A stretch of 39,631 nucleotides of DNA. Origin: a virus. Its lineage: Duplodnaviria > Caudoviricetes. Each line of letters opens with the position of its first letter. The first letter of the stretch is position 1. Position numbers and translations under genes: made by a program. This document shows positions 16,164 through 26,346 of the stretch, piece after piece. The notes under the pieces are model-generated. The model had not been told where the DNA came from, ran no database searches, and saw nothing but the letters and a program-made list of their open reading frames with translations. The DNA is taken from positions 1-39,631 of IMG/VR virus record IMGVR_UViG_3300020045_005713; one strand, given 5' to 3'.

Positions 16164-17846
16164 ATGAGCATTTTCGGAATTCTCGCAGTGGACGGCGGCA
16201 TATTCGACTTGACCACGGAGCGCGCTTTCGCGCTGCAAAGCATGGGATACATCGGGCGCTCAACCGCGGGCGAAACGGTATCGCCGGAAAGCGCAACACA
16301 ACTGGCCGTCTACATGGCTTGTCTGCGAAACCTTTCCGAGGACATCGCCAAGCTGCCCTTGCCTGTTTACAAACGCCTTGAACCGCGCGGCAAGCAACGC
16401 GCATACGAACACCCGCTTTACCGCGTACTCCACGACGCGCCTAATTCCGAAATGACTTCGTTCTCTTTCCGTGAAACGATGCAAGCGAACGCGCTTTCAT
16501 GGGGAAACGCTTACGCGGAAATCGAACGGAATGCAATGGGGCAGGCCGTGGCGCTCTGGCCGATTCATCCGTCGCGCGTGACGTGCTGCCGGGAAAACGG
16601 CGCGGTGTACTATCGCGTGCATGGCGATAGAAATAATCCGACAGTGGACATTCCTGCGGCGGATATGTTCCACCTGCACGGACTTGGCGGCGATGCACTT
16701 CAAGGCTATTCCGTGTTGCGCGCGGCAAGCGAAGCAATCGGGCTTGGAATCGCGACGCAGAAATTCAGCGCGGCATTCTTTGGCAACGGCGCTCATCACG
16801 GAGTGGCGCTGATTCACCCGGCGAAACTCACGCCAGAGGCGCAAAAGAATCTTCGTGAATCATGGGAACGCGCGCATCGCGGGGCCGGGCAGTCACACGG
16901 CACGGCGGTTTTACACCAAGGAATCAAAGTCGAGAAGCTCACGCTTGCGCCCGAAGAAGCGCAGATGCTGGAATCGCGGCAATACTCCAATGAGGAAATC
17001 TGTCGCTATTTCCGAATGCCTCCGCACAAGGTACAGCACCTTGAACACGCGAACTTTTCCGCAATCGAGCACCAGTCAATCGAGTACGTGACAGATACTC
17101 TTATGCCGTGGTGCGTCCGTTGGGAAGCGGAAATCCGGCGCAAGCTGTTCGGTGAACAGGACGACCAGTATTTTGCAGAGCATCTACTGGCTGGATTGTT
17201 GCGCGGAGATAGTGCGGCGCGAGCGACGTTCTACCGCGAGCTGTACAATATCGCGAGTCTTTCGCCGAACGACATTCGGGAAATGGAAAATCTTAACCCG
17301 ATTCCGGGCGATGCAGGAAACAAGTATTACATCCAAGCGAATATGACCACGCTCGAAAAGCTGGCGGCGGCACCACCGCCCGCGACGGCTACCACGACCA
17401 TGACGGCAAACGAGAAAGCACCGACGGAAATCAAAGCCCCTCCACCGCCGGACGAAACGACAACGAATAACGCGCGCGCGGTCGAGGCTATTCGTTTTAC
17501 GATGCTTGACGCCTGCCAGCGGGTTATCCGCAAGGAAGTCATGGCTCTGGAGCGCGTGCGGGAATCGAAAACGAAACAAGCCGATACGAAATGGAGCGAC
17601 ACGTTTTTTCAAGAGCAAGCCGTTTACCTGCGGGAATCGGTTGAGCCTTCGGTCAAGGCGCTGTGCGTGTTGACGAGCCGTGCATTTGAACAGCACAAAT
17701 TACAGCGGCTGTGCAACGGGCTGTGCGAAATCCGGCGCGCGCAATCGTACAGCGTGAAGGATTTAGGTGCATACGCGCGCGACTATCCGCCCGCTATGTG
17801 CGAAGCGATTGTGTTGGAAGTCATGGAGACAAAGGCCGATGCTTGA
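16164..17846 (+). CDS. HK97-family portal protein with C-terminal extension
   Basis: AVYMACLRNLSEDIAKLPL, WGNAYAEI, LWPIHPSRV, EEIC.YF..PPH, SPNDIRE.ENL.P. Confidence 0.95.
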   Translation: MSIFGILAVDGGIFDLTTERAFALQSMGYIGRSTAGETVSPESATQLAVYMACLRNLSEDIAKLPLPVYKRLEPRGKQRAYEHPLYRVLHDAPNSEMTSFSFRETMQANALSWGNAYAEIERNAMGQAVALWPIHPSRVTCCRENGAVYYRVHGDRNNPTVDIPAADMFHLHGLGGDALQGYSVLRAASEAIGLGIATQKFSAAFFGNGAHHGVALIHPAKLTPEAQKNLRESWERAHRGAGQSHGTAVLHQGIKVEKLTLAPEEAQMLESRQYSNEEICRYFRMPPHKVQHLEHANFSAIEHQSIEYVTDTLMPWCVRWEAEIRRKLFGEQDDQYFAEHLLAGLLRGDSAARATFYRELYNIASLSPNDIREMENLNPIPGDAGNKYYIQANMTTLEKLAAAPPPATATTTMTANEKAPTEIKAPPPPDETTTNNARAVEAIRFTMLDACQRVIRKEVMALERVRESKTKQADTKWSDTFFQEQAVYLRESVEPSVKALCVLTSRAFEQHKLQRLCNGLCEIRRAQSYSVKDLGAYARDYPPAMCEAIVLEVMETKADA

Positions 17847-18162
17847 AAAGTCTGATATGCCAGACCATGCGCTTATAGAACTCCGGCACTTTGCGTGCTA
17901 TGGGGATTACAAAGACAGAGAAGACTTTGAAGTAAAATGGAGAGCTATAATGGCGAATGATACGACGCGAACAACCGTGACAATGCGACCGGCGGCGCTG
18001 CTAAATTTGCAGCGGATTGCGGAGCTTGCCGCTGAAATTGTTGCGGCGTGGGATTACGCATACGAAACGGAAAAGTACGACGAATGTATTTTCTCTGCGT
18101 TTAGCAGCAAGGCACCGATTGAAGAACTCCGTGAAGCACTCGCGAAACAGGAGACGCTCTAA
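17839..18162 (+). CDS. hypothetical protein inserted in the head operon
   Basis: GGAG RBS, ATG 17839. Confidence 0.5.
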   Translation: MLEKSDMPDHALIELRHFACYGDYKDREDFEVKWRAIMANDTTRTTVTMRPAALLNLQRIAELAAEIVAAWDYAYETEKYDECIFSAFSSKAPIEELREALAKQETL

Positions 18163-18163
18163 C

Positions 18164-18346
18164 ATGGGTTGGCTTCCGTTGCGCCCGCGTGTTGAACCAG
18201 AAAGCATAACGCTGATTGTGCGTTGCCATTGTTGCGGCGCGACGCGCGATGTGTACAGGCCATGCGTGTATTGCGGAAATACCACGTGTAAACCGTTGCC
18301 GTTGCAAGCGCAGATGATTCCACCAAGACCACCGAGGAAACGATAA
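18164..18346 (+). CDS. small zinc-ribbon protein
   Basis: AGGAG RBS; CHCCG...CVYCG. Confidence 0.55.
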   Translation: MGWLPLRPRVEPESITLIVRCHCCGATRDVYRPCVYCGNTTCKPLPLQAQMIPPRPPRKR

Positions 18347-19194
18347 TGAATAAGAAATGCTTTCAGAATCACATCGGGCCGTGGATGATTTATCCCGGCT
18401 GGTTAAGTGCGGCGGTTGCGGCGGTCAAGTCTGGCGCGTGGCAACCGCAAGCGCAGGCCGATACCGAAGCCGATACCGGCGCTGGCAAATACGTGGTGGT
18501 GGACGGGCTTGGGCTTTTGCGCATCGAAGGCGCGATGATGAAAGGCTATTCCAAGTTTGGCGGCGCGTCTACGGTTGCGGCGCGGCAGGCCGTGCGCGCG
18601 ATGGCGGCGGATGAATCTATCCGTTCAATCGTACTGTCGATTGACTCGCCCGGCGGCACGGTTGCGGGCACGCAGGAACTTGCGGATGACGTTTCGGCGG
18701 CGAACAAAAAGAAACCCGTGTACGCATACATCGAAGACCTGGGCGCAAGCGCGGCGTACTGGATTGCCGCATCATCGCGGCGCGTGTTTGCAAACTCACT
18801 GGCAATGGTCGGTAGCATCGGCACGCTTGCGGTTATCGAGGACACGAGCAAGGCGGCTGAACTAGCGGGCGTCAAGGTACACGTCATTTCAACGGGCGAG
18901 TTCAAGGGCGCGTTTACGGACGGCACGCCGGTGACCGAATCGCAGTTGGCAAACGTTCAAGGGATCGTTGACGACATTAACACGCACTTCCTTGCGGCGG
19001 TTGCCGAGGGGCGCGGCATGGCAATGTCAGACGTGAAGGCGGCTGCAACCGGGCAGCTTTTCATGGCGAAAGAAGCAAAGAAACTTGGATTGATTGACTC
19101 CGTGGAATCGTTCGATTCCGCGATGGAGTACGTTCGCGGGAAGATGCCAACGCCGAAACGGAATACGGCTGAGGCGCGGATAAGGCAGAGATAA
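18346..19194 (+). CDS. S49 (SppA-like) prohead protease
   Basis: IDSPGG.V.G, ASAAYWIAA, VGSIG, GEFK. Confidence 0.95.
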   Translation: MNKKCFQNHIGPWMIYPGWLSAAVAAVKSGAWQPQAQADTEADTGAGKYVVVDGLGLLRIEGAMMKGYSKFGGASTVAARQAVRAMAADESIRSIVLSIDSPGGTVAGTQELADDVSAANKKKPVYAYIEDLGASAAYWIAASSRRVFANSLAMVGSIGTLAVIEDTSKAAELAGVKVHVISTGEFKGAFTDGTPVTESQLANVQGIVDDINTHFLAAVAEGRGMAMSDVKAAATGQLFMAKEAKKLGLIDSVESFDSAMEYVRGKMPTPKRNTAEARIRQR

Positions 19195-19229
19195 AATGAA
19201 TTGTCCAAAAATAATTCTGAAAATAATTG

Positions 19230-19258
19230 TTGACTTCTTTCGGCCATTCTGTTAGTAG
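19230..19258 (+). promoter_or_regulatory. putative promoter upstream of the major capsid gene
   Basis: TTGACT, 17 bp, TAGTAG, preceded by two AAAATAATT copies. Confidence 0.55.
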
Positions 19259-19341
19259 TCTGCATTGTCAAATGCGCGCAGAGTCGCGCAAGCCGTAAGA
19301 AGGCGCAAGAAGTACAACCGAATACACGCTACGCAGAGTCG

Positions 19342-19373
19342 AGGCATGACCGGGAACGGTTATGCCTTTTTTT
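19342..19373 (+). terminator. intrinsic terminator / attenuator in the capsid leader
   Basis: AGGCATGACC-GGGAAC-GGTTATGCCT followed by a T-run. Confidence 0.7.
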
Positions 19374-19391
19374 GTTTTTGGAGATACGCAA

Positions 19392-20747
19392 ATGAAGCGA
19401 GCCGAAATCGAAGCCAAGATGAATCAGTTCTACGCGGATGCGGCACGCATCACGGACAAAGCGAAGGCGGAAAACCGCGACATCACCGACGCTGAATTGC
19501 TGGCCGTGGAATCGGCTTGCGATGAAGGCAAGAAGGCCAAGGACGAGCTTGCCGCTTTCGACGCGCGCGCGGCGCGCCTTGAACGCGCCATGGCGGGCAC
19601 TGGCCGCAAGACGCAGCCCGACGCAATTGAAACAGCGGCAACCTCCAATCTGAAAGAACGCGCTCAGGATAACCCGACGCGCGGCTATGACGGCTACGGC
19701 GGATTTGGGCGTTTCGCGCTGGACGTATATAAGCTCCACACCCAGCAAGGGCTGTCGGACGGATTGAAGATCGTCATGGCCGCTGGCGACGGCATGGAAG
19801 CCGGATTGAAAGCCGATGGCGGCGTACTGCTCCCCCCCGCTTTCTCCACCACGATTCAAGACAAGGTCGGCATGGAATCGGATTCGCTCATGGCGGAAAC
19901 CGATATGCTCCCGGCGCTGCCCTACGGCGTCGAGTCAATGGAGTTCCCTGTCGTGAACGAAACGTCGCGCGCGGACGGATCGCGCTCCGGCGGAATTCAA
20001 GGCCGCTGGAAAGCCGAACTCACGCAAATGAGCGAGTCCAAGCCGAAGCTTAAAGACGTGAAGCTGGAACCGCAGCAGCTTTACGCGCTCTGCTACGTGG
20101 CTGATAAGCTTCTGCAAAACGCGCCACAACTGGAAGCATTTTTGAGCGGGCGCGTGGCTGACGAGTTCAATTTCAAAATCGGCGATAGCATCATCAATGG
20201 AACCGGCAGCGGTCAACCGCGCGGTATTCTGACCGGCGCAACCGACGCTCCCCGCGTGCAGATCGCCAAAGAGTCCGGGCAGGCGGCGGCAACGATTGTC
20301 ACCGCGAATCTGGAAAAAATGTACGCGCGAATGCCTGGCAACCGGCTGGCGGGCGCGAAATGGTACGTCAATCAAGACGTGCTGCCTCAGTTGTTCAGCT
20401 TGACGAAAGCGGTTGGCACTGGCGGGGTGCCCGTATTCATGCCGGGGAATAACATTTCCGGCGCGCCGTTCGGCACGATCTACGGCAACCCGATTAAGAT
20501 TACGGAGTACAACGCCACGCTCGGAACCGAAGGCGACATCATCTTTGCGAACATGAAACAGTACGCGACGATCACGCGCGGCACCGTCCAGAGCGCCATG
20601 AGCATTCACTTGAAATTCGATTTTAACCAGACCGCATTTCGATTCATCACAGAGGTGGACGGACAACCTTGGATTTCGTCCAGCATCACGCCGTTCAAGG
20701 GCAGCAACAAACTTTCGCCGTTTGTTACACTACAGACAAGAAGCTGA
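19392..20747 (+). CDS. major capsid protein, HK97 fold with N-terminal delta domain
   Basis: coiled-coil N-terminus, DGGVLLP, IINGTGSGQPRGIL, TIYGNPI, GDIIFAN, TAFRF; GGAG RBS before ATG 19392. Confidence 0.96.
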   Translation: MKRAEIEAKMNQFYADAARITDKAKAENRDITDAELLAVESACDEGKKAKDELAAFDARAARLERAMAGTGRKTQPDAIETAATSNLKERAQDNPTRGYDGYGGFGRFALDVYKLHTQQGLSDGLKIVMAAGDGMEAGLKADGGVLLPPAFSTTIQDKVGMESDSLMAETDMLPALPYGVESMEFPVVNETSRADGSRSGGIQGRWKAELTQMSESKPKLKDVKLEPQQLYALCYVADKLLQNAPQLEAFLSGRVADEFNFKIGDSIINGTGSGQPRGILTGATDAPRVQIAKESGQAAATIVTANLEKMYARMPGNRLAGAKWYVNQDVLPQLFSLTKAVGTGGVPVFMPGNNISGAPFGTIYGNPIKITEYNATLGTEGDIIFANMKQYATITRGTVQSAMSIHLKFDFNQTAFRFITEVDGQPWISSSITPFKGSNKLSPFVTLQTRS

Positions 20748-20785
20748 GAGTAATCGGATTTTAGAAACGGTTTAAGGAGCAAAAC

Positions 20786-21283
20786 ATGCCTTCCAAAGAT
20801 TTTCTTTTCGATCATCACATCGTGGCTGGCACGTATCCGGTTGCTGACGCCTTCGCAACGTCGGTTACAACCGATTACATTTGCCTGCGAGATTACCGGC
20901 GCGCGACGATTCTGATTCGCACGGGCGATGCGACATCCGACACGGCAGACGGCGTTGTTACGCTCAAGGCCGCGACGGATGCGGCGGCGTCCGGCGCAAC
21001 GGACATTGCATTCAAGTACCGTTCGTGTGCATCCAGCACCACGGTGGACACTTGGGGCGCGCTAACCTCCGCCACGTCGACGGGCTTCACAATGACGGCT
21101 GGCGATAACTATATGTATGTTATCGAAGTCACTGCGGACGAAGTGTCAGCGGCGCTGGCTAACGCTGATTTCATCGCGCTTAAAGTCACCGAAGGAACTA
21201 ACGACCCGATTGTTGCCGACATCACTTTCATTCTGAGCGAACCGCGCTACCCGCAGGCCGTTCCCTTGACTGCAATCGCCTAA
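20786..21283 (+). CDS. putative capsid decoration/cement protein
   Basis: directly after the MCP, AAGGAG RBS, beta-rich, ends in PRY motif. Confidence 0.6.
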   Translation: MPSKDFLFDHHIVAGTYPVADAFATSVTTDYICLRDYRRATILIRTGDATSDTADGVVTLKAATDAAASGATDIAFKYRSCASSTTVDTWGALTSATSTGFTMTAGDNYMYVIEVTADEVSAALANADFIALKVTEGTNDPIVADITFILSEPRYPQAVPLTAIA

Positions 21284-21316
21284 GACGGCGCTGGAATTTT
21301 ACCGGGAGTTTGAACG

Positions 21317-22225
21317 ATGATTCTCAATACGCAATCCTCTGGCGGCGGCGGCGCAAACCTGATTAAGTCTGCGCTGCTTCCCCGCGTGTTTTTTGTGGAC
21401 TCGAACGGCGGCGGCTCTACAACGAGCGGCGGGCTTACGCCGGAAAGCGCGTTCACCACAATCGACTCCGCTATCGGCGCGTGTACTGCGAATCGCGGCG
21501 ATACGATTTACGTCATGGCGGGGCACGCAGAAACGATTTCGACGGCTGGCGGAATCACGGCAGACGTTGCCGGTATTTCGATCATCGGGCTTGGGCGCGG
21601 TACTTCCCGCCCGACGCTTTCGCTTTCGGCAACCGGCTCCACGATTGCAGTCTCGGCTGCGAACGTGCTTTTCCAAAATCTCGTCATCACGTCCACGGTG
21701 AACGAACTGGTCAAAGTGTTCAACATCACGGCGGCATACTGCACGATTGACGCGGTGGATTACAAAGACAACGGGGCCGCAAAGGAAACGATTCAGTTTG
21801 CGTTGACCACGGCGAACGCGGACTACCTCACGATTCAAAACTGCTACCACGTGATGCTCACGGCTCCGGCTACCACGGCGCGGTGGATTTACCTGGTTGG
21901 CACGGAAGGCGCTCGGATTCTGAACAACACATTCATTTTGAAACTTTCCGACAATGCCACGGACGCGGTTATCAGCGCGGATGGCGATTCGCGACTGACT
22001 GAGATTCGCGGCAACCGGATTCACCTGACCGGCTACACGGCATCGCTTGTGAGCGCGGTTATCGGTACGAGCGGCGCAACGGGGATTCATTGCGATGGGC
22101 GCTACTACGCGGACGTGGCAGCGGTGACCACGATCAATGATTGCCCGTCGATGCCGTCTTTTGAAGTGTACTGTTCAAACGACCTCGACAAAAACGGAAT
22201 TCTCGACCCGGTTGTGGGAAGCTAA
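21317..22225 (+). CDS. putative virion beta-helix protein
   Basis: VFFVDS..G...G.TPE.AF.TI..AI..C.A..GD.IYV..GH.E cap followed by IQNC/ILNN/IRGN beta-helix rungs. Confidence 0.7.
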   Translation: MILNTQSSGGGGANLIKSALLPRVFFVDSNGGGSTTSGGLTPESAFTTIDSAIGACTANRGDTIYVMAGHAETISTAGGITADVAGISIIGLGRGTSRPTLSLSATGSTIAVSAANVLFQNLVITSTVNELVKVFNITAAYCTIDAVDYKDNGAAKETIQFALTTANADYLTIQNCYHVMLTAPATTARWIYLVGTEGARILNNTFILKLSDNATDAVISADGDSRLTEIRGNRIHLTGYTASLVSAVIGTSGATGIHCDGRYYADVAAVTTINDCPSMPSFEVYCSNDLDKNGILDPVVGS

Positions 22226-22243
22226 CGAAAAGGAAATTGAGAC

Positions 22244-22882
22244 ATGGCCGAAATCATCACTCTTCAAGGTTCCGTTTCCAACGCGACGGGTTCAAGCGGG
22301 GAATCTCGCGGAGTCACACTCACTCCGAGTCTCGGCTTGCGGACGGCGGCGTCACAATCGGCATTTCAGAATGCCGTGGAGATTGGAAGCGTCTTTGGCG
22401 TGTGCAGTCAAGCGGGCGTGACTTCGCAAGCCGGACTTTCCGCGACAACGCCGGTGCTCACGCTGTACAATCCGGCTGGCAGCGGCAAGAACCTTGTCGT
22501 GTGGTACGCGGGCGCTACGTTTACGGTTGCCTTCGCGACGGCTGGCGCGGTGTGGGTTGCAGTCAATACGAATGTTTCGGCAGCGGCTGTGACCGGCACG
22601 CTGACTACGGCACACCGAAATCTGAAACTTGGCACGGCTGCAAACATGGCGGCGCAGCCCTTGCTTGCCGCGACGCTACCGGCTGCTCCGGTTGGCGTGG
22701 CGCTCCTTGGCGTTGGATTGACCGGCGCGATTACGACGGTGCCGATGGCGCAGACTCTTGAACGCTGGTTCAACGGCTCTTTGATTTTGAAACCCAACAC
22801 GGCGCTTTCGATTCAAACCGGCGTGGCGTCTGGCGCGAGCGGCACATTCTGTGAATACATCTGGCAGGAAGTGGCAGAGTAA
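22244..22882 (+). CDS. putative virion structural protein
   Basis: A/G/T-rich beta protein with LYNPAGSGKNLVV and L.PNT.L motifs. Confidence 0.6.
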   Translation: MAEIITLQGSVSNATGSSGESRGVTLTPSLGLRTAASQSAFQNAVEIGSVFGVCSQAGVTSQAGLSATTPVLTLYNPAGSGKNLVVWYAGATFTVAFATAGAVWVAVNTNVSAAAVTGTLTTAHRNLKLGTAANMAAQPLLAATLPAAPVGVALLGVGLTGAITTVPMAQTLERWFNGSLILKPNTALSIQTGVASGASGTFCEYIWQEVAE

Positions 22883-22913
22883 CCGAGTGGCCGATTGAAA
22901 CGGGAGAACTATC

Positions 22914-23399
22914 GTGGCTGCTCAAACTCTTAAACGCGCATTTTTAACGAATCAATCGGACGGTTCTTTTCCGTCGCGGATTCCAACGATAACCGAGCCT
23001 CAGACCGGCTCCGGGATTATCGCCGCAACGGGAACGACGCTTGAAGTACACCCATACGGAACCGGCGCGGACAATACGACTTTCTCCATGCGCGTGATAG
23101 GCTGGCGCAAGATTCTGCACACGCCAGCGGCTAGAGAGTTCCTGTGGACGCCTACGATCATTGCTGAGTTACTCTGCACGAATTCGGCTGCGGTCGGGAT
23201 TGCGCTTTCGCCGCTGTCTACGTCTGAGCGGTTTGCCGATACGATCACGCTTGGCGCTGGCGGAGTTGCGGTGTTGTTCTCGCCCGCAAACGACACGCCC
23301 GCGCGCGCGTTGGTTGACATTGACGGTTTTGATAAAATCGAATTCACTTTTGACATGACTGGCGCGACGGATGCGAACGTGCTTTACTGCCAGTATTAA
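22914..23399 (+). CDS. putative virion structural protein
   Basis: GGGAG RBS, GTG start; beta-sandwich-like composition. Confidence 0.55.
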   Translation: MAAQTLKRAFLTNQSDGSFPSRIPTITEPQTGSGIIAATGTTLEVHPYGTGADNTTFSMRVIGWRKILHTPAAREFLWTPTIIAELLCTNSAAVGIALSPLSTSERFADTITLGAGGVAVLFSPANDTPARALVDIDGFDKIEFTFDMTGATDANVLYCQY

Positions 23400-23414
23400 C
23401 GGGAGCAAAGGCAC

Positions 23415-24020
23415 ATGAGTTTTCTGTCCACGGCGATCAAGCGGATACTGTCTATCCTTCCTAGCGGCGACGCTACGGGGCTTGTCAGCACCAACACCAC
23501 GCAGACGATAACCGGCGCGAAAACGTTTTCAGCGGCTGTTACAGCCGATGTAACGGCCAGTTCAGAAAAAGGCTTTTCAACAGACGGTTGGTATAACTGC
23601 ACCGGCTTTATCGGATTCACCTTTTCCGATACGACAGCGATAAGTTTAAGCGGTGACGCCTTGCGCGTTGCGAACGCTGTTTTCTGGCAATCCATTGAAC
23701 TCTACGCAAACAACACGAAGCGCGTTGGAATTACGGCGAGCACAGGGCTTGAGCTTGAGCGCACGATTACGGCAGGCGGCACGACCGGCGTGCAGACGAT
23801 CAATAAAATGGCCGGGCGCATCAATATCGCGACGGCTGAGGCGTCGAAGGCCGTCACTAATTCGCTTGTCACTACGAGCAGCCTTATATTCTGCACGATT
23901 GCCACGAACGACGCGACGGCCACGATTAAAAACGTTGTCGCTGGCGCGGGTACATTCACGATTACGCTCACGGCTGCGGCCACGGCTGAGACCGCCGTCA
24001 ACTTTTGGGTAACCAACTAA
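23415..24020 (+). CDS. putative fibre/spike protein
   Basis: QTITGAKTF fibre motif; C-terminal VTNSLVT.SS.I...G.FTI...A.AET.VNFWV domain. Confidence 0.65.
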   Translation: MSFLSTAIKRILSILPSGDATGLVSTNTTQTITGAKTFSAAVTADVTASSEKGFSTDGWYNCTGFIGFTFSDTTAISLSGDALRVANAVFWQSIELYANNTKRVGITASTGLELERTITAGGTTGVQTINKMAGRINIATAEASKAVTNSLVTTSSLIFCTIATNDATATIKNVVAGAGTFTITLTAAATAETAVNFWVTN

Positions 24021-25667
24021 ATGGCTCTTACGAGCGGTCAAGTGCTCTATGCAACTGGCGCGGCAAGCGCGGCCAGTTCACCTAAATTACGTTTGGATTA
24101 CGGCGATTCCACATGCGTCTTTTTCGGTCAAGACGCGGGCGTTGCCGTGACAACTCCTACCGGCGATGATGCGTTGACCGGGCTGGGCTATTACGCGCTG
24201 CGAGCGAACACGCTCGGACGTGAGCAAACGGCGGTCGGATACCAGGCGCTCTTATCGTACACCACGAACGGCGGCGGCGAGCAGGACGGGCTGAATACTG
24301 CAATCGGTTCGCAAGCATTGCGCGCGGTTGTCTCTGGCAATTCAAATGTGAGCATAGGCCAGAAAAGCGGCACGAATCTAACGGGCAGCGCAAACGTGTT
24401 TTGTGGCACGAAGGCTGGCGCAAGCTGGACGACCGGCACTCGAAATATCATCATCGGCGAACAAGCTGGCTCCACGGGTTCAGCGGATATTTCGGGCGAT
24501 GATAATATCGCAATCGGTCAAGGCGCTCTTGGAACGCTCGGAGCAAAGAACAAAAATACCGTAGGCGGGCGCGCGGCATTTCGCGTGCTAGGAATCGCAG
24601 ACGAAAACACGGGCTGGGGATACGGTGTCGGGGAATTCTGTACGACCGGCACGCGCAACAGTTATTTCGGCGTGCTTGCCGGGAATACAGCAACGTCCGT
24701 AAACGACATTTCCGCGTTTGGATGGAAGGCGCTGCAAGTCAATACCACGGCGGAAAACAGCGCGTTTGGCAGCGCGGCGCTTACGGCAAATACGACCGCG
24801 ACGGGCAACAACGCCTTTGGCTATCTCTCGCTTACGACCGCGGCGGACGGCGGCCAGAATTGCGGGTTCGGAAATAAGGCGCTTCGGTTCAACGTTTCTG
24901 GAATCCAGAATTGCGCGTTTGGAAATTTCGCGCTTGAAGATTGCCTTGGTTCAAGCAACGCAGCCTTCGGATACGGCGCGGGCGCAAACGTGACGAGCGG
25001 CGAAGGCAATTGTTTCGCAGGCATGGGCAGCGGCAGAATCATAACGACCGGCTCCTATAATTGTTTCATCGGATTTGCGAGCGGCGATACTGACTCGCTG
25101 ATTCCAAACAACACTTCAAATACGTTTGTATGCGGTCATCCGAGTTACAATATCACGGACGTGTATTTCGGCGGCGGCATGTTCGACGCGACGCCTGCGG
25201 CATACACGATTAACGGCACGGGCGGCAGCGGCACGAATATCGCGGGCGCAAACCTTGCGCTTGCAGGCGGCAAGGGTACTGGCAGCGGCGCGGGCGGATC
25301 GGTCGTCATCCAAACGGCGGCGGCTGGCGGCAGCGGTTCGAGTTCAAATTCGCTCACGTCGCGCGTTACCGTAAACTCCGCAGGCATTACAAGCCTTTAC
25401 GCGGGCGCAACCGTGGCGAGCGCGGCAACGATTGCGGCAACCGGAAACGTGTTCCACGTCTCTGGCGTCACGAACATTGATAACATTTCAACGACCGGCA
25501 TAACTGCCGGGACAACCCTCACTCTGATTTTCGACGGCGTGCTAACGGCGAATGACGGCAGCGGAAACTTGAAGCTGGCGGGCAATTACACCACAAGCGC
25601 CGACGATACGCTCACGGTTGTGTACGACGGCACGTCATGGTTTGAGGTGTGCAGATCGGCAAATTGA
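24021..25667 (+). CDS. fibre protein with ~14-aa N.A.G..AL beta-roll repeats (YadA-head-like)
   Basis: repeats such as NTAIGSQAL, NSAFGSAAL, NCAFGNFAL; Gly-rich shaft; C-terminal DTLTVVYDGTSWFEV domain. Confidence 0.8.
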   Translation: MALTSGQVLYATGAASAASSPKLRLDYGDSTCVFFGQDAGVAVTTPTGDDALTGLGYYALRANTLGREQTAVGYQALLSYTTNGGGEQDGLNTAIGSQALRAVVSGNSNVSIGQKSGTNLTGSANVFCGTKAGASWTTGTRNIIIGEQAGSTGSADISGDDNIAIGQGALGTLGAKNKNTVGGRAAFRVLGIADENTGWGYGVGEFCTTGTRNSYFGVLAGNTATSVNDISAFGWKALQVNTTAENSAFGSAALTANTTATGNNAFGYLSLTTAADGGQNCGFGNKALRFNVSGIQNCAFGNFALEDCLGSSNAAFGYGAGANVTSGEGNCFAGMGSGRIITTGSYNCFIGFASGDTDSLIPNNTSNTFVCGHPSYNITDVYFGGGMFDATPAAYTINGTGGSGTNIAGANLALAGGKGTGSGAGGSVVIQTAAAGGSGSSSNSLTSRVTVNSAGITSLYAGATVASAATIAATGNVFHVSGVTNIDNISTTGITAGTTLTLIFDGVLTANDGSGNLKLAGNYTTSADDTLTVVYDGTSWFEVCRSAN

Positions 25668-25703
25668 ACTTGAACATAGGCGTAAATCTGGTAAAGGGAA
25701 AAC

Positions 25704-25859
25704 ATGACACTGCCGCAGGCATTACAGATTTTGGAAGAGGCAACCGCCGAACTGCAAATGAAGCGGAAAGACCACATGCTCGTATTGGAAGCCTTGCGCG
25801 TGTTGCGCGAAGCTATGCCGAAACCGGAAAACGTTGTGCCGATAGCGGAGCGGAAATAA
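25704..25859 (+). CDS. small helical protein, possible fibre chaperone
   Basis: AAGGG RBS; MTLPQALQILEEATAELQMKRKDH..., translated by hand. Confidence 0.55.
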   Translation: MTLPQALQILEEATAELQMKRKDHMLVLEALRVLREAMPKPENVVPIAERK

Positions 25860-25861
25860 TA

Positions 25862-26125
25862 ATGGGCGAAACGTCTGCGTATTACTCCGAGAAATCCAAG
25901 GTCTTAGCTTGGGGCTTGCAGACCGTTGGCGGCGTGCTCTTGGCCGCTATCGCGTGGTTTGTAAAGGACGCGCATTCGTCTATTGAGAAAATGGACAATC
26001 GCATTCAGCAATCGGAAGGGCGGCACATTCGCACGGAGACGCGGCTAGACGGGCAGGAAAATCTCTTGAAGGAAATTCGAGACGACGTTAAACGGATTTT
26101 GGAAACACGGGAGAAAAAGCCATGA
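25862..26125 (+). CDS. single-TM plus coiled-coil holin-like protein
   Basis: ATG 25862; TM segment VLAWGLQTVGGVLLAAIAWFV then heptads ending LKEIRDDVKRIL. Confidence 0.55.
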   Translation: MGETSAYYSEKSKVLAWGLQTVGGVLLAAIAWFVKDAHSSIEKMDNRIQQSEGRHIRTETRLDGQENLLKEIRDDVKRILETREKKP

Positions 26126-26346
26126 AAGACATTTTCAAGAGCAAGAAAGTCATCACCACGATCATCGGTTTGATCGTGATGATTGCGGCGGCGAAGGGCT
26201 TGAACGTTGACCCGAAGATTCAAGAGGTCGTCATCCAGATGATCGGCGTGGTCATCGGCGGATACAACATCGGGCAGGGCGTGGCGGACGGATTCAGCGG
26301 CGGGGCCACGTCAAGCGTTGCGGCTGAGAAACCGCCAGAGATTTAA
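26122..26346 (+). CDS. putative holin (two TM segments)
   Basis: KSKK.I..IIG N-terminus, two TMs, Y.IGQG.AD motif. Confidence 0.7.
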   Translation: MKDIFKSKKVITTIIGLIVMIAAAKGLNVDPKIQEVVIQMIGVVIGGYNIGQGVADGFSGGATSSVAAEKPPEI

